From contig CP010425.1 of the NCBI GenBank assembly GCA_000830295.1, positions 896,001 through 960,000 of the forward strand: a stretch of 64,000 bases of DNA, written 5' to 3'. The notes beneath the pieces were generated by a model. That model was not told the origin of the DNA. It saw only the letters and a program-made list of their open reading frames with translations, and ran no database searches. This DNA comes from an archaeon GW2011_AR15. GTDB lineage: Archaea; Nanobdellota; Nanobdellia; Woesearchaeales; GW2011-AR15. The translations under genes and the position numbers were made by a program. Positions 39,727 to 49,733 of the stretch are shown in pieces; position 1 is the first letter of the stretch; each line of letters begins with the position of its first letter.

Positions 39727-40749
39727 ATGATTCCGGATTCAGAGATTAAAGAGCTGAGGGAAGCGCTTGTAAATTCTACCCGGCCGCTGGTTTTCTTTGA
39801 TGATGACCCTGACGGCCTGTGCTCTTTCCTCCAGTTCTACAAGCTGAACCCTGAATGCCACGGAGTTGTCTTCAAGAAGGCAGGCTCGCTTGATGCGGAA
39901 TTCCTGAGGAAAGTCGGGGAATATCACCCCGATGCAATATTCATACTTGATATTGCGAATGTTGACCAGGAGTTTCTGGATAAGGTGAAAAACGCATACT
40001 GGCTTGATCACCATTCACCTTCTGAAAGGAAGAATGTGAAATATTACAATCCTATGATAAAAAGTAAGGGAAAGGACAACAAGCCCATAAGCTACTGGGC
40101 GTATAAGATTACAGGGGAGAGCTCATGGCTGGCAATGACAGGCTGCGTGGGAGACTGGTTCCTTCCTCCGGATATAAGGAAAAAATTTGATGAGGAATAT
40201 CCCGGGCTTATTGACAAGAAGATAAAAAAGCCGGAAGATGCCCTGTTCAAAAGCAAAATAGGAACACTCTCAAGGGCGCTTTCATTCATCCTGAAAGGCA
40301 AGACAAAAGAGGTAATGGATTGCGTTAAAGTGCTTACGCGAATCCAGCACCCAAATGATATACTGGAGCAGAGCACTTCCAGAGGTAAGTTTATCTGGAA
40401 AAAATACCTGAAGACCAACAGCATATACAATTTACTGATAAAATCAGTCAAAGTTACTAAGGATAAGATAATCCTGTTTAAATATTCCAGTGATAAAACC
40501 TCATTAACGTCTGAGATGAGCAATGAGCTTCTTTTCAGATATCCGAAAAAGTTTATAATAATTGCAAGGGAAAAGAACGGAGAGATGAAATGCTCACTCA
40601 GGTCATCAAAATACAAGGTCCGCATTATCCTTAAGAAAGCTCTTCAGGGAATTGACGGGTATGGCGGCGGGCACCTGCATGCATGCGGAGCTGCGGTAAA
40701 GGCAACTGATTTTGACAGGTTTCTGGAGAATATAAGGCAGCAATTATAA
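39727..40749 (+). CDS. DHH family phosphoesterase
   Basis: DDDPDG, LD, DHH, SLRS, GGGHLHACG. Confidence 0.88.
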   Translation: MIPDSEIKELREALVNSTRPLVFFDDDPDGLCSFLQFYKLNPECHGVVFKKAGSLDAEFLRKVGEYHPDAIFILDIANVDQEFLDKVKNAYWLDHHSPSERKNVKYYNPMIKSKGKDNKPISYWAYKITGESSWLAMTGCVGDWFLPPDIRKKFDEEYPGLIDKKIKKPEDALFKSKIGTLSRALSFILKGKTKEVMDCVKVLTRIQHPNDILEQSTSRGKFIWKKYLKTNSIYNLLIKSVKVTKDKIILFKYSSDKTSLTSEMSNELLFRYPKKFIIIAREKNGEMKCSLRSSKYKVRIILKKALQGIDGYGGGHLHACGAAVKATDFDRFLENIRQQL

Positions 40750-40784
40750 TAAATTTTATATATAGACCCGACCTACTTCTCCCC

Positions 40785-40826
40785 ATGTTTTCAGATAATA
40801 TCGTAGTTTCTATCATTATTATCTAG
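40785..40826 (+). CDS. putative Ile-rich leader peptide MFSDNIVVSIIII
   Basis: ATG 22 nt after TTTATATA (40755-40762); four consecutive Ile codons before TAG; directly upstream of ileS. Confidence 0.6.
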   Translation: MFSDNIVVSIIII

Positions 40827-40867
40827 TTGGGGCTCTGAAAGGGCTCTGGTAATTAATATGATAGAGA
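40807..40867 (+). promoter_or_regulatory. putative attenuator hairpin overlapping the Ile codons
   Basis: TTTCTATCAT (40807-16) pairs with ATGATAGAGA (40858-67); inner GGGGCTCT-GAA-AGGGCTCT (40829-47); G-U pairs favour plus-strand RNA. Confidence 0.5.
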
Positions 40868-40910
40868 GCAAATTATTTAAAACAGAACAAAAATACAGAT
40901 AAGCACGAAG

Positions 40911-43900
40911 ATGGAAAAATACGACCCTGTAACTGAAGAGAAGAAAATTCTTGAATTCTGGGAAAAAGAAAAGATAAGGGAAAAAGCTGTTTCAAAGAAC
41001 AAAGGGAAGAAACCCTTCTATTTTCTTGACGGCCCGCCATATACCTCCGGCAAGATCCATCTTGGAACTGCATGGAACAAGTCTATCAAAGACATGGTCA
41101 CCAGATACAAAAGGATGAGGGGATTTGATGTCTGGGACAGGGCAGGCTATGATATGCACGGCCTTCCTACAGAGGGTAAAGTGCAGGCCAAGCTCGATAT
41201 GAAGACAAAGGAAGAGATCCTCAAATATGGACTTGCAAAGTTCATAAAAGACTGCAGAGAATGGGCTGTTACCAACCTGAAGCAGATGAACAAGGACTTC
41301 AAAAGGCTTGGGGTCTGGCTTGATTTTGACAATGCTTACCAGACAATAGACAATGACTATATTGAGGGAACATGGTGGCTTGTAAAAAAAGCCCATGAAA
41401 AAAACAGGCTGTATGAAGGCCAGATGACAATGACCTGGTGCGGCAGCTGCCAGACAGCCCTTGCAAAGCATGAGCTTGAATACAAGAATGTTGTTGACAA
41501 ATCCCTTTATGTGAAATTCAAGGTAAAGGGCAGAAAAGACGAGTATCTGATTATATGGACAACAACGCCCTGGACAATCCCCTACAACCTGGGAGTCATG
41601 GTCAATCCTGACCTCGTTTATGTAAAAGCAAAAGTGGGCAACGAGACATGGGTCCTTGCAAAAGAGCTTGTGAAAATCATTGAGGAAAAAGCAGGAAAAA
41701 AGTACAGGATAGCTGAGGAATTCAAGGGAAAGGAGCTTGTGGGCACGGAATACATACATCCGATGGAAGATGTCCTGAAGCACCATTTTGATGCATTGAG
41801 GAAGAAAGCAAAAAAGCTTCATGTTGTTGTGCCAAGCACTGAGTATGTCATAACAGATTACGGAACAGGTCTGGTGCACATGGCTCCCGGATGCGGAGGC
41901 GAGGACTATGAAGTCGGCCACAGGGAAGGCCTCCCTCCTTTCAACCAGGTCAATGAAGAAGGATATTATGATAATACAATGGGTCCGTTCTCAGGGTTGC
42001 ATGTAAAGAAAAATAACCTTGTTTTTGTAGAAGACTTAGAGAAAAGAGGCGCAGTTGCAGCCATGGAGGATTATCCACATGATTACGCCCACTGCTGGCG
42101 CTGTAAAAACCCGATATTATACAGGACAACAAGCCAGTGGTTCTTCAGGGTTGAGGACCTTATCCCAAAGATGAGGAAGCTGAATAAGGAGAAGATGTAT
42201 TGGGTGCCTGACTGGGCAGGAAACAGGCAGTTTGACTCATGGCTGGAGAATTTAAGGGATAACGGAATTACAAGGCAGAGATTCTGGGGCTCTCCTCTTC
42301 CTGTCTGGAAATGCGATTCATGTAGCCACTATGTTGTTGCTGAATCCAGGAAAGAGCTGAAAAAACTAGGAGCATCCCATATCCCGGATGACCTTCACAA
42401 GCCCTGGATCGATGAAGTAACACTGCCCTGCGGGAAGTGCAGGGGAACAATGCACAGAAATCCCGATATAATGGATGTCTGGATAGATGCAGGAGTTGAT
42501 TCATGGGCATCACTTGGATATCCGCATGATGACAAGCTATTCAAGAAATTATTCCCTGCTGATTTCATAACAGAAGGGAAAGACCAGATAAGGGGGTGGT
42601 TCAACCTGCTGTTTGTGGCAAGCATGCTGGCGATGGAAGATATATCCTTTAAGGCGTGCTACATGACCGGCTTTGTCAATGATGCAATGGGCAGGAAGAT
42701 GTCAAAGAGCCTTGGCAATGTCATAAGCCCTGATGAGATTACAGAAAAATACGGCGCAGACACTTTCAGGTATTATTCAATAGGCGCAACTGCCCCAGGC
42801 CTGGACCTTAACTATAATTTTGAGGATGTTGAGCTCAAGAGAAGAAACCTGAGCATTTTGTGGAACCTGCACAATTTTGTAATTGACCTGGCAAAAACAA
42901 ATGGCCTCAATCCTGAAAAACTAAAAAGCACAGTTCTGAAAAGCGCAGGTGATGAAGAGCGATATATTTTGTCAAAACTGAATTCAGCAATCGCGCTTGT
43001 GACAGAGAAGCTTGACAACTACAATCTGAATGAAATTCCAATGATTACAGAAGAGCTTTACATGGAGCTGTCAAGGACATACATCCAGCTTGTGAGGGAA
43101 AAGGCAAACGCAGGAACTGATGAGGAGAAGGAAGTAGTGCTTTATACAGTTTACAGTGTGATGAAAAGCCTGCTCATACTGATGGCGCCCGTAACCCCTA
43201 TGATTACTGAAATGATGTACCTCAATATGAAAAAAGAATTTGGCCTGAAAAAAGAGTCCATCCACCTTTATGACTGGCCTGAAGCAGACAGGAAGCTTAT
43301 AGACAAAACCCTTGAAAAAGATATGGAGAATATAAAAGGAGTCATACAGGCAGTGCTGGGTGCAAGAGAGAGAGCGCAAGTGGGCACAAGATGGCCATTG
43401 CAGGAAGTCATAATCGAGACCTCAGATTCAGATGTAAAAAAGGCGGTTGAGGACCTCAAAGGGCTTATATTCTATCAGGCTAATGTAAAATCAGTGAAGC
43501 TTGTCAAGAAATTCGACAAAGCTGACATAACCATAAAGCCTAATTTCAAGACACTCGGCCCAGAATTCGGGAAAGATTCAAAGGAGATAATCAAATACCT
43601 TTCAGAGACGGACAATTCAGCCCTTGTGAGCCAGCTCAAAGACGGCAGGCTGAAAGCAGGAAAGCATGTTCTTGAAGAAAAGCACCTTGTGCTTGAGAAA
43701 ACACTTCCAAAAGGGTATTTTACAGGAGAATTTCCTTTAGGCAATGTCTTCCTGACAGCAGATGTTCCTGACGAGCTTGTTTCAGAGGGGTATTTCAGGG
43801 AAGTGCTGAGAAGGATACAGTCTTTCAGGAAAGATGCAGGCCTGAAGAAAACAGATGACATTGAGCTCTACCTAAAGCTGGACAAAGAGATTTACAGCAG

Positions 43901-44048
43901 GATATTGCCGTTCAAAAAAGAAATCAAAGAGAGGGTCGGAGCAAAATCCCTGGAAATTTCGACTGAGCCTGCAAAAAAGAAATATAAGCACAGCAGCAAG
44001 GACACAATAAAAGGCCTGAATGTCGAAGCAGGGTTTGATGTTGTTTAG
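40911..44048 (+). CDS. ileS: isoleucyl-tRNA synthetase (archaeal/eukaryotic type)
   Basis: DGPPYTSG..HLGT, GYDMHGLP, WTTTPWT, GTGLVHMAPG, RQRFWG, EGKDQIRGWF, KMSKS. Confidence 0.96.
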   Translation: MEKYDPVTEEKKILEFWEKEKIREKAVSKNKGKKPFYFLDGPPYTSGKIHLGTAWNKSIKDMVTRYKRMRGFDVWDRAGYDMHGLPTEGKVQAKLDMKTKEEILKYGLAKFIKDCREWAVTNLKQMNKDFKRLGVWLDFDNAYQTIDNDYIEGTWWLVKKAHEKNRLYEGQMTMTWCGSCQTALAKHELEYKNVVDKSLYVKFKVKGRKDEYLIIWTTTPWTIPYNLGVMVNPDLVYVKAKVGNETWVLAKELVKIIEEKAGKKYRIAEEFKGKELVGTEYIHPMEDVLKHHFDALRKKAKKLHVVVPSTEYVITDYGTGLVHMAPGCGGEDYEVGHREGLPPFNQVNEEGYYDNTMGPFSGLHVKKNNLVFVEDLEKRGAVAAMEDYPHDYAHCWRCKNPILYRTTSQWFFRVEDLIPKMRKLNKEKMYWVPDWAGNRQFDSWLENLRDNGITRQRFWGSPLPVWKCDSCSHYVVAESRKELKKLGASHIPDDLHKPWIDEVTLPCGKCRGTMHRNPDIMDVWIDAGVDSWASLGYPHDDKLFKKLFPADFITEGKDQIRGWFNLLFVASMLAMEDISFKACYMTGFVNDAMGRKMSKSLGNVISPDEITEKYGADTFRYYSIGATAPGLDLNYNFEDVELKRRNLSILWNLHNFVIDLAKTNGLNPEKLKSTVLKSAGDEERYILSKLNSAIALVTEKLDNYNLNEIPMITEELYMELSRTYIQLVREKANAGTDEEKEVVLYTVYSVMKSLLILMAPVTPMITEMMYLNMKKEFGLKKESIHLYDWPEADRKLIDKTLEKDMENIKGVIQAVLGARERAQVGTRWPLQEVIIETSDSDVKKAVEDLKGLIFYQANVKSVKLVKKFDKADITIKPNFKTLGPEFGKDSKEIIKYLSETDNSALVSQLKDGRLKAGKHVLEEKHLVLEKTLPKGYFTGEFPLGNVFLTADVPDELVSEGYFREVLRRIQSFRKDAGLKKTDDIELYLKLDKEIYSRILPFKKEIKERVGAKSLEISTEPAKKKYKHSSKDTIKGLNVEAGFDVV

Positions 44049-44113
44049 CATCTATTAATCTACTTTTTAGTACTAGCGCAATTTTATAAACCTGTAAAAC
44101 ATACTATCCTCAC

Positions 44114-45520
44114 ATGGGGACCGATAGTGACTTACTGAAAGGTATTGATGAGTATAAATTTGGCTTTAAAGATACCTCTAAGCCTGTCTTCAGGAGCAGG
44201 AAAGGCCTTGATGAGCTGGTTGTCAGGCAGATTTCAGAGCATAAGCATGAGCCTCAGTGGATGCTGGACTTCAGATTAAAGGCGCTGAAGCATTTCGAAA
44301 ACAGGCCAATGCCTGCCTGGGGAGCTGATTTATCGGGACTGAATCTCAATGAGATATATTTCTACACAAAGCCAGCTGGAAAAGAAGGAAAATCCTGGGA
44401 TGATGTTCCTGAAAACATAAAAAAGACATTTGAGAAGCTCGGGATACCAGAGGCAGAGCAGAAATTCCTGGCAGGAGTCGGAGCGCAGTATGAATCAGAG
44501 ATGGTCTACCACAACATAAAAGAGAGCCTTGCAAAGAAGGGCGTCATTTTCAAGAGCATTGAGCAGGGGCTCAGGGACCACCCAGATTTGTTCAGGGAAT
44601 ATTTCGGGAAGATCATTCCAATAGAGGACAACAAGTTTGCATCTCTCAACTCTGCTGTCTGGTCAGGAGGCTCATTTGTATATATCCCGAAAAACGTCAA
44701 GGTTGACCTGCCCCTTCAGGCATATTTCAGGATCAATGACCCGGACATGGGGCAGTTTGAGAGGACACTGATTATAGCAGACGAGGGCTCAGAAGCCCAG
44801 TATGTTGAGGGATGCACTGCACCCATATACACTACAGACTCATTCCACAGCGGAGTCATTGAAATAGTTGTGAAGCCGGGAGCAAGGTTCAGGTACACCA
44901 CAATCCAGAACTGGTCAAATAACATGTATAATCTTGTAACCCAGAGGGCATACGTTTACAGGGATGCAAAAATGGAATGGGTGGATGCGAATATAGGAAG
45001 CAAAGTTACGATGAAATACCCGTCATGCTACCTTCTTGAGGAAAAGGCTCACGGTGAGATACTTTCAATGGGATTTGCCTCAGGGCATCAGCATCAGGAT
45101 ACAGGAGGAAAGATGCTGCATTTTGCCCCGCATACAACAAGCAAGATAACTGCAAAGTCAATAAGCATGAAGGGAGGAAGGGCTTCATACAGGGGCCTGC
45201 TGGATATCAAGGAAAGCGCCTATGGCGCAAAATCAAATGTTGTCTGCGATGCCCTTTTGATGGATGAGGAATCCCGCTCGGATACATACCCCTATATGGA
45301 GATAAACGGGGATGATGCTACTGTCGGCCATGAGGCATCTGTTTCAAAAATAGGGGAGGAGCAGCTGTTTTATCTTACGAGCAAAGGTTTGTCTGCAGAT
45401 GAGGCAAGGTCAATGGTTGTCTCCGGATTCATAGAGCCGCTTGTAAAAGAGCTGCCAATGGAGTATGCAATAGAGATGAACAGGCTTATACAGCTGCAGA
45501 TGGAAGGTTCTGTGGGTTAG
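44114..45520 (+). CDS. sufB: Fe-S cluster assembly protein SufB
   Basis: [63 protein letters not shown]. Confidence 0.95.
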   Translation: MGTDSDLLKGIDEYKFGFKDTSKPVFRSRKGLDELVVRQISEHKHEPQWMLDFRLKALKHFENRPMPAWGADLSGLNLNEIYFYTKPAGKEGKSWDDVPENIKKTFEKLGIPEAEQKFLAGVGAQYESEMVYHNIKESLAKKGVIFKSIEQGLRDHPDLFREYFGKIIPIEDNKFASLNSAVWSGGSFVYIPKNVKVDLPLQAYFRINDPDMGQFERTLIIADEGSEAQYVEGCTAPIYTTDSFHSGVIEIVVKPGARFRYTTIQNWSNNMYNLVTQRAYVYRDAKMEWVDANIGSKVTMKYPSCYLLEEKAHGEILSMGFASGHQHQDTGGKMLHFAPHTTSKITAKSISMKGGRASYRGLLDIKESAYGAKSNVVCDALLMDEESRSDTYPYMEINGDDATVGHEASVSKIGEEQLFYLTSKGLSADEARSMVVSGFIEPLVKELPMEYAIEMNRLIQLQMEGSVG

Positions 45521-45521
45521 T

Positions 45522-46760
45522 TTAATCAGGTATTTTTAGAGGCAGGAAAATTATCAATGCTGCTAGTGCCATAACTGCAAGCGAACCCATTGCTATTCTG
45601 TGGGAAATTTCTGTTCCGAATACTGCCAGCGCGTGTACTGTAACTCCCCAGATCAGAGGCCCTATAATTGATGCAAACCTGCCTAACATCGCATACAGTC
45701 CAAAAAATTCAGTAAGCTGGTTGTGGGGCGAGAGCTTTGTAATAATTATCCTGTCGCCGCTCCAGATGCATCCCTCTATAAGTCCGGACAAAATTCCGAA
45801 TATTATAATTAATGTACGGGATTTCACCAAAGCCAGGCTAAATAAGCAAATTACAAGAAAAAACAGAACAGTTCTCTGAAACTTCTTAACTCCGAGCCTG
45901 TCAATAAGGTGCGCAGACAATAAACCCCCTATAATTGAAAATATTATCAGGAATGCAAAAAGATACTGGACCTCAGTATCTGAAAAGCCAAACACAGATG
46001 TAAAATAGATCGCCAGGAAAAAATATACTGTATGCATTGCATCGCTGTAAAAGAACCTGCTGATGTAATATCTAAGAGTGCCTGGGTATTTCTTTAAATT
46101 TCTGATTGTTTTCAGGACTCTGTTAACAGAATATTTAATGCTGACAGATGTTTTAATACTCCTGTTTTTCTCTTTTAAAAACACTAATGCAGGCAGTGCA
46201 AACATTAAAAATAGAAATGCAATCGGCAAAAAGGCCGCGCCTCTGCCGGATTTTGTAACTACAGGCAATAGGAGCAGGATAATCACTAAATATCCTACCT
46301 GTCCGAATGCAATGCCTATTCCGGATATCAGTCCTCGGTTTTTCTCGGTACTTACCTGAACAAGATATGAATCATATATCACCTGGCTTAGCTGCATTCC
46401 AAGGTATGCCAGCACATAGAATATAATAGAAAACAAAAGCCCGCCAAAGCCAAACAATGCAGTAAATATTACTGCCTGCAATGTGAAATAAACCAGGAAC
46501 CATTTCTTTTTATGGTGTTTATCCAGCAGCGCGCCAACAACAGGAGCAGTCAGGATAATTATTATTTGGGTAAAGACAACAACCCAGCTATAATGCAGTT
46601 CACTTAGGCCCATATCCTGAACAATCCAGAGAGGGAAATACAGCGTTCCGACCCCAAGCTGGAAGAATGAATTGGCAGCATCGTACAATATCCAGCTAAG
46701 CACAGCAGCCAAAGAGAGCTTTCCTTTGTCAGTCAGAGACTGGAATAGTTTATTTGCCAT
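45522..46760 (-). CDS. MFS transporter (UMF1/ATG22-like)
   Basis: WILYDAANS, APVVGALLD, EFFGLY..GRFASIIGP; about 12 TMs. Confidence 0.85.
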   Translation of the reverse strand: MANKLFQSLTDKGKLSLAAVLSWILYDAANSFFQLGVGTLYFPLWIVQDMGLSELHYSWVVVFTQIIIILTAPVVGALLDKHHKKKWFLVYFTLQAVIFTALFGFGGLLFSIIFYVLAYLGMQLSQVIYDSYLVQVSTEKNRGLISGIGIAFGQVGYLVIILLLLPVVTKSGRGAAFLPIAFLFLMFALPALVFLKEKNRSIKTSVSIKYSVNRVLKTIRNLKKYPGTLRYYISRFFYSDAMHTVYFFLAIYFTSVFGFSDTEVQYLFAFLIIFSIIGGLLSAHLIDRLGVKKFQRTVLFFLVICLFSLALVKSRTLIIIFGILSGLIEGCIWSGDRIIITKLSPHNQLTEFFGLYAMLGRFASIIGPLIWGVTVHALAVFGTEISHRIAMGSLAVMALAALIIFLPLKIPD

Positions 46761-46798
46761 CTGCCAGGATTTAATTATTTATTATAAATATGTTTTCA

Positions 46799-47449
46799 TC
46801 AGTAGTCAAATATCTTCTTCTGTGTTTTTTCTTTTTTCATGTTCTTCCATGAGACCCATTCTTTCCTGAAAAAAGTTACCTTATGGTTGTCCCAGTTTTT
46901 CTCAAGGAATTTCTGGGTTTTCTCATCAGACATGTATCCTGAGCCGAAGTCCCCGAACTTTTCCTTAAGGAACTCGATGTATTTGTCCCTGGTTACTTTT
47001 GCGAGGATTGAGGCAGCTCCCACAACAGGATAGTTGAAGTCTGCCTTGTGCTCTGTTACCAGCTCGACTTTTGTTTTTAGATTTTCCTTTATGTAGCCCT
47101 GGTATCTTTTCGGGTTTTTTTCAGGCAGGTCAATTATTGCCCTGTCCGGCTTTAAATGGTTGAGAATTTCTGCGGTTGTTGCAGCCTCCAGCCTGTTTAA
47201 GTTCGTGTTATCTGACTTGAGCGCGTCGTCAATTATATCCGGCGTCAAACTTATTATTTTGTAGTCTTTTGCAACAGCAAGAATTTTTTTGAAAAGCTTT
47301 TCCCTTGTTTCTGGCTCAAGAAGCTTGGAATCCTTTACACCCAGCTTTTTCAGCTTTTCCTCGTCTTTCTCATCAATGAGAACACCGGCCATCACCATCG
47401 GCCCGATTACAGGCCCGCGCCCGGCTTCGTCAATACCGCATATAATCAT
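46799..47449 (-). CDS. rnhB: ribonuclease HII
   Basis: GIDEAGRGPVIGP, GVKDSK, HKAD, AASILAKV, GSGY. Confidence 0.95.
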   Translation of the reverse strand: MIICGIDEAGRGPVIGPMVMAGVLIDEKDEEKLKKLGVKDSKLLEPETREKLFKKILAVAKDYKIISLTPDIIDDALKSDNTNLNRLEAATTAEILNHLKPDRAIIDLPEKNPKRYQGYIKENLKTKVELVTEHKADFNYPVVGAASILAKVTRDKYIEFLKEKFGDFGSGYMSDEKTQKFLEKNWDNHKVTFFRKEWVSWKNMKKEKTQKKIFDY

Positions 47450-47498
47450 AAATGAAAAAAAGAGTATTCAAATTATAAACTTTGCTTAACGATGGCCC

Positions 47499-48029
47499 TT
47501 AATTTATTACTGAAGGCAGATGCTCTCTTACTGCTTTTGCCAGCCCTTCATCTCCTGTCAGGGCAGTGATATGTTTTGGAATCTTTCCTTCTTTTGGCAG
47601 GCTTTCCATCATGTACTGAATCCCCCAAAGGCTTTTATCCAGCCCGTTTGGGGTATAACCAGAGGCATCGTATATCATGTTTATTACATAATCTAAAGAA
47701 GGTCTCAGGACAATGGAAGAATTTCCTTTATCCCTTTCAATTTCTATTATCACGATTTTTTCGCCAGATAAGCCATAGCCCAGGCCAATCATAGTCTCAT
47801 CGTCATTTTCCCTGAATTCTTTGTACAGACTCGGGTCGTTCAGCTCTATTGGGTTAATAATGACAGCAGTGTAAGGTTTTTTTTTATCTTTGTTCTGTGT
47901 CCATATCTTTAATTCATAGGCATGCTTGTGGACTACTAATCTTGTTTCTTCATCTGCAGGTGAGATCCCATCTATTTTTGTACTAGCATAATTTCGCCTG
48001 TGATCTATAAGTGGTTGTCTACAATCCAT
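47499..48029 (-). CDS. hypothetical protein
   Basis: 176-aa ORF with AAGGT SD; no motif recognised. Confidence 0.55.
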   Translation of the reverse strand: MDCRQPLIDHRRNYASTKIDGISPADEETRLVVHKHAYELKIWTQNKDKKKPYTAVIINPIELNDPSLYKEFRENDDETMIGLGYGLSGEKIVIIEIERDKGNSSIVLRPSLDYVINMIYDASGYTPNGLDKSLWGIQYMMESLPKEGKIPKHITALTGDEGLAKAVREHLPSVIN

Positions 48030-48172
48030 TTTTTTACCTTGTCCTTACTACCAACCAGTTAAGAGGCGGACGTAGTAATAAATAATTAATCCACCTAGTG
48101 TAGGTATACCTATTCTACTTATTTTAAAAAAATAAGACTGAAAAATTAGACAGCGCTGAATGAAAAAAAAGA

Positions 48173-48195
48173 TAGTGGGGAAAGGATCTAGAACC
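48173..48195 (-). repeat. degenerate direct repeat of the tRNA-iMet 3' end
   Basis: TAGTGGGGAAAGGATCTAGAACC versus tRNA TAGCGGGGAAAGGATTTGAACC (48268-48289). Confidence 0.65.
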
Positions 48196-48267
48196 AACTG
48201 AGAAATCAGTTGACACTTTGTGAGTTTCCTTTCAGTCAAGCTCACATAGAACTCTTTTATAAAAAAG

Positions 48268-48342
48268 TAGCGGGGAAAGGATTTGAACCTCCGACCTACG
48301 GGTTATGAGCCCGTCGGGCACTCCTGGCTGCCCTACCCCGCT
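48268..48342 (-). tRNA. tRNA-Met(CAT), initiator
   Basis: AGCGGGGTAGGGCAGCCAGGAGTGCCCGACGGGCTCATAACCCGTAGGTCGGAGGTTCAAATCCTTTCCCCGCTA; A1-U72, three G-C pairs in the anticodon stem, no encoded CCA. Confidence 0.95.
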
Positions 48343-48491
48343 GCATAGGGTTCCAGAAAATTATATCTTTTATAAATGTTGTTCCATTTCTGAGCTTTTT
48401 AATCTCTTATCCTGGAAATAGATTTATATATTAAACCAGGTTTCTGGACATTATTTTATCATTAAAAAGTAGTTACTAGAAGGCGATTGGT

Positions 48492-49733
48492 GTGCTGAAC
48501 CCCTATACTGTAAAAGAACTCTGTAATCTGCCAGCAAATAGGCTGTATGACTTAACTCTGGACCCTAAAGCCAAAATTGCAGCTAATACTCCAAGACCAA
48601 AGGCAGACAGGAATTTCAGCCCAGGCGCACAGGCATATAAATTTACAAACGAAAATCTTGACAGCATAGTAGACGGGCTTAAGAAAGCCGAGATAGATCT
48701 GTCAGGAAAAACAGTTTTCAGTATTGCATGCTCGGGCGACCCTCTTATCCTCTTTTCAGCTCTTGGAGCTGACTACAATATAGCTTTTGATTCTTCATAC
48801 AAAGCTGTGGCCTGGACAGAGTTTAAATGCGCAATGGTTAGAACCCTCACGCATCATGATGCCCTTGCTTCTCTTGGGCAGGTTAACCTATTGAGGAGTT
48901 CAAAGTATTATCTAAAACTCAATAAGCCTAATCTAGGCATAGATGCAAAATCGCAGGGGTTTAAAACCCAATCCGGGATGCCATACATGTCCATAGAAAA
49001 AAACAGTACAGTTGCTGACGCCATCATAAGGCAGATGTCAAAATGGGCCGGTAGCATATTTGAGGAGCTCTTCAGAAACTATACTTTTGACAATATACCG
49101 CAAGGTGCACCTCCCCATTCTTTAAGGCAGGATTATATCTCCTGCATAATCCCGGAAGATGGAACATCACAGTCCTCAGATTTCTTCAGGGGAGGAAGTC
49201 ATGGGTATACAGGTGCATTTCCGGAACTGAATGGCTATCTAAAAGATAGAAGGCTGTATGAATCTGCCAGCAGGAATTTAGAGATGGAAGAGACGGCATT
49301 TATTCCAGGAGATATTTTTAAGATGATAGAAATGCTTCTTGGAGTAAAGCAATATAGGATATTTTCAAAAGATTTTTTTAAGAGGGATAAAAGAAAAGCC
49401 ACGAGATTTCTTGAGCAGTCACTAGATGCAGAGCAGAAAGCAGATCTATTCTATCTTTCAAATGTCCCAGATCACCTGAAAGATTCCAAAGGCAACAAAA
49501 AGTACCATTCTAAAGTATTCGGTCCATTTGCTGATATGGTATGCGGGCTCCTAAATCCCGGAGGGGCACTCATAATAAACCATGAGTGGAACGCTGAAAA
49601 GGAATTTAGGGATAATCCAGACCCGGATTCCAGCTTAGGCGAGTATTTAAAACAAGAGCATGGGCTTGAGAAGACAATATGTAGAGACGGCTCGGGATAT
49701 GGTTGCGAAGTGATATATACAAAGAGAAGGTGA
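48492..49733 (+). CDS. DUF3419/BtaA-like SAM-dependent transferase-fold protein
   Basis: YKFTNEN, KTVFSIACSGDP, AFD, DLFYLSNVPD, LNPGG. Confidence 0.55.
   Translation: MLNPYTVKELCNLPANRLYDLTLDPKAKIAANTPRPKADRNFSPGAQAYKFTNENLDSIVDGLKKAEIDLSGKTVFSIACSGDPLILFSALGADYNIAFDSSYKAVAWTEFKCAMVRTLTHHDALASLGQVNLLRSSKYYLKLNKPNLGIDAKSQGFKTQSGMPYMSIEKNSTVADAIIRQMSKWAGSIFEELFRNYTFDNIPQGAPPHSLRQDYISCIIPEDGTSQSSDFFRGGSHGYTGAFPELNGYLKDRRLYESASRNLEMEETAFIPGDIFKMIEMLLGVKQYRIFSKDFFKRDKRKATRFLEQSLDAEQKADLFYLSNVPDHLKDSKGNKKYHSKVFGPFADMVCGLLNPGGALIINHEWNAEKEFRDNPDPDSSLGEYLKQEHGLEKTICRDGSGYGCEVIYTKRR

Noticed and set aside
40992-41921. 309-aa minus-strand ORF and similar nested ORFs across the window
   Set aside because: Antisense to well-supported genes such as ileS; no recognisable motifs
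48196-48245. Hammerhead ribozyme (CUGA..GAAAC on the minus strand)
   Set aside because: No CUGANGA core and no stem II between the motifs
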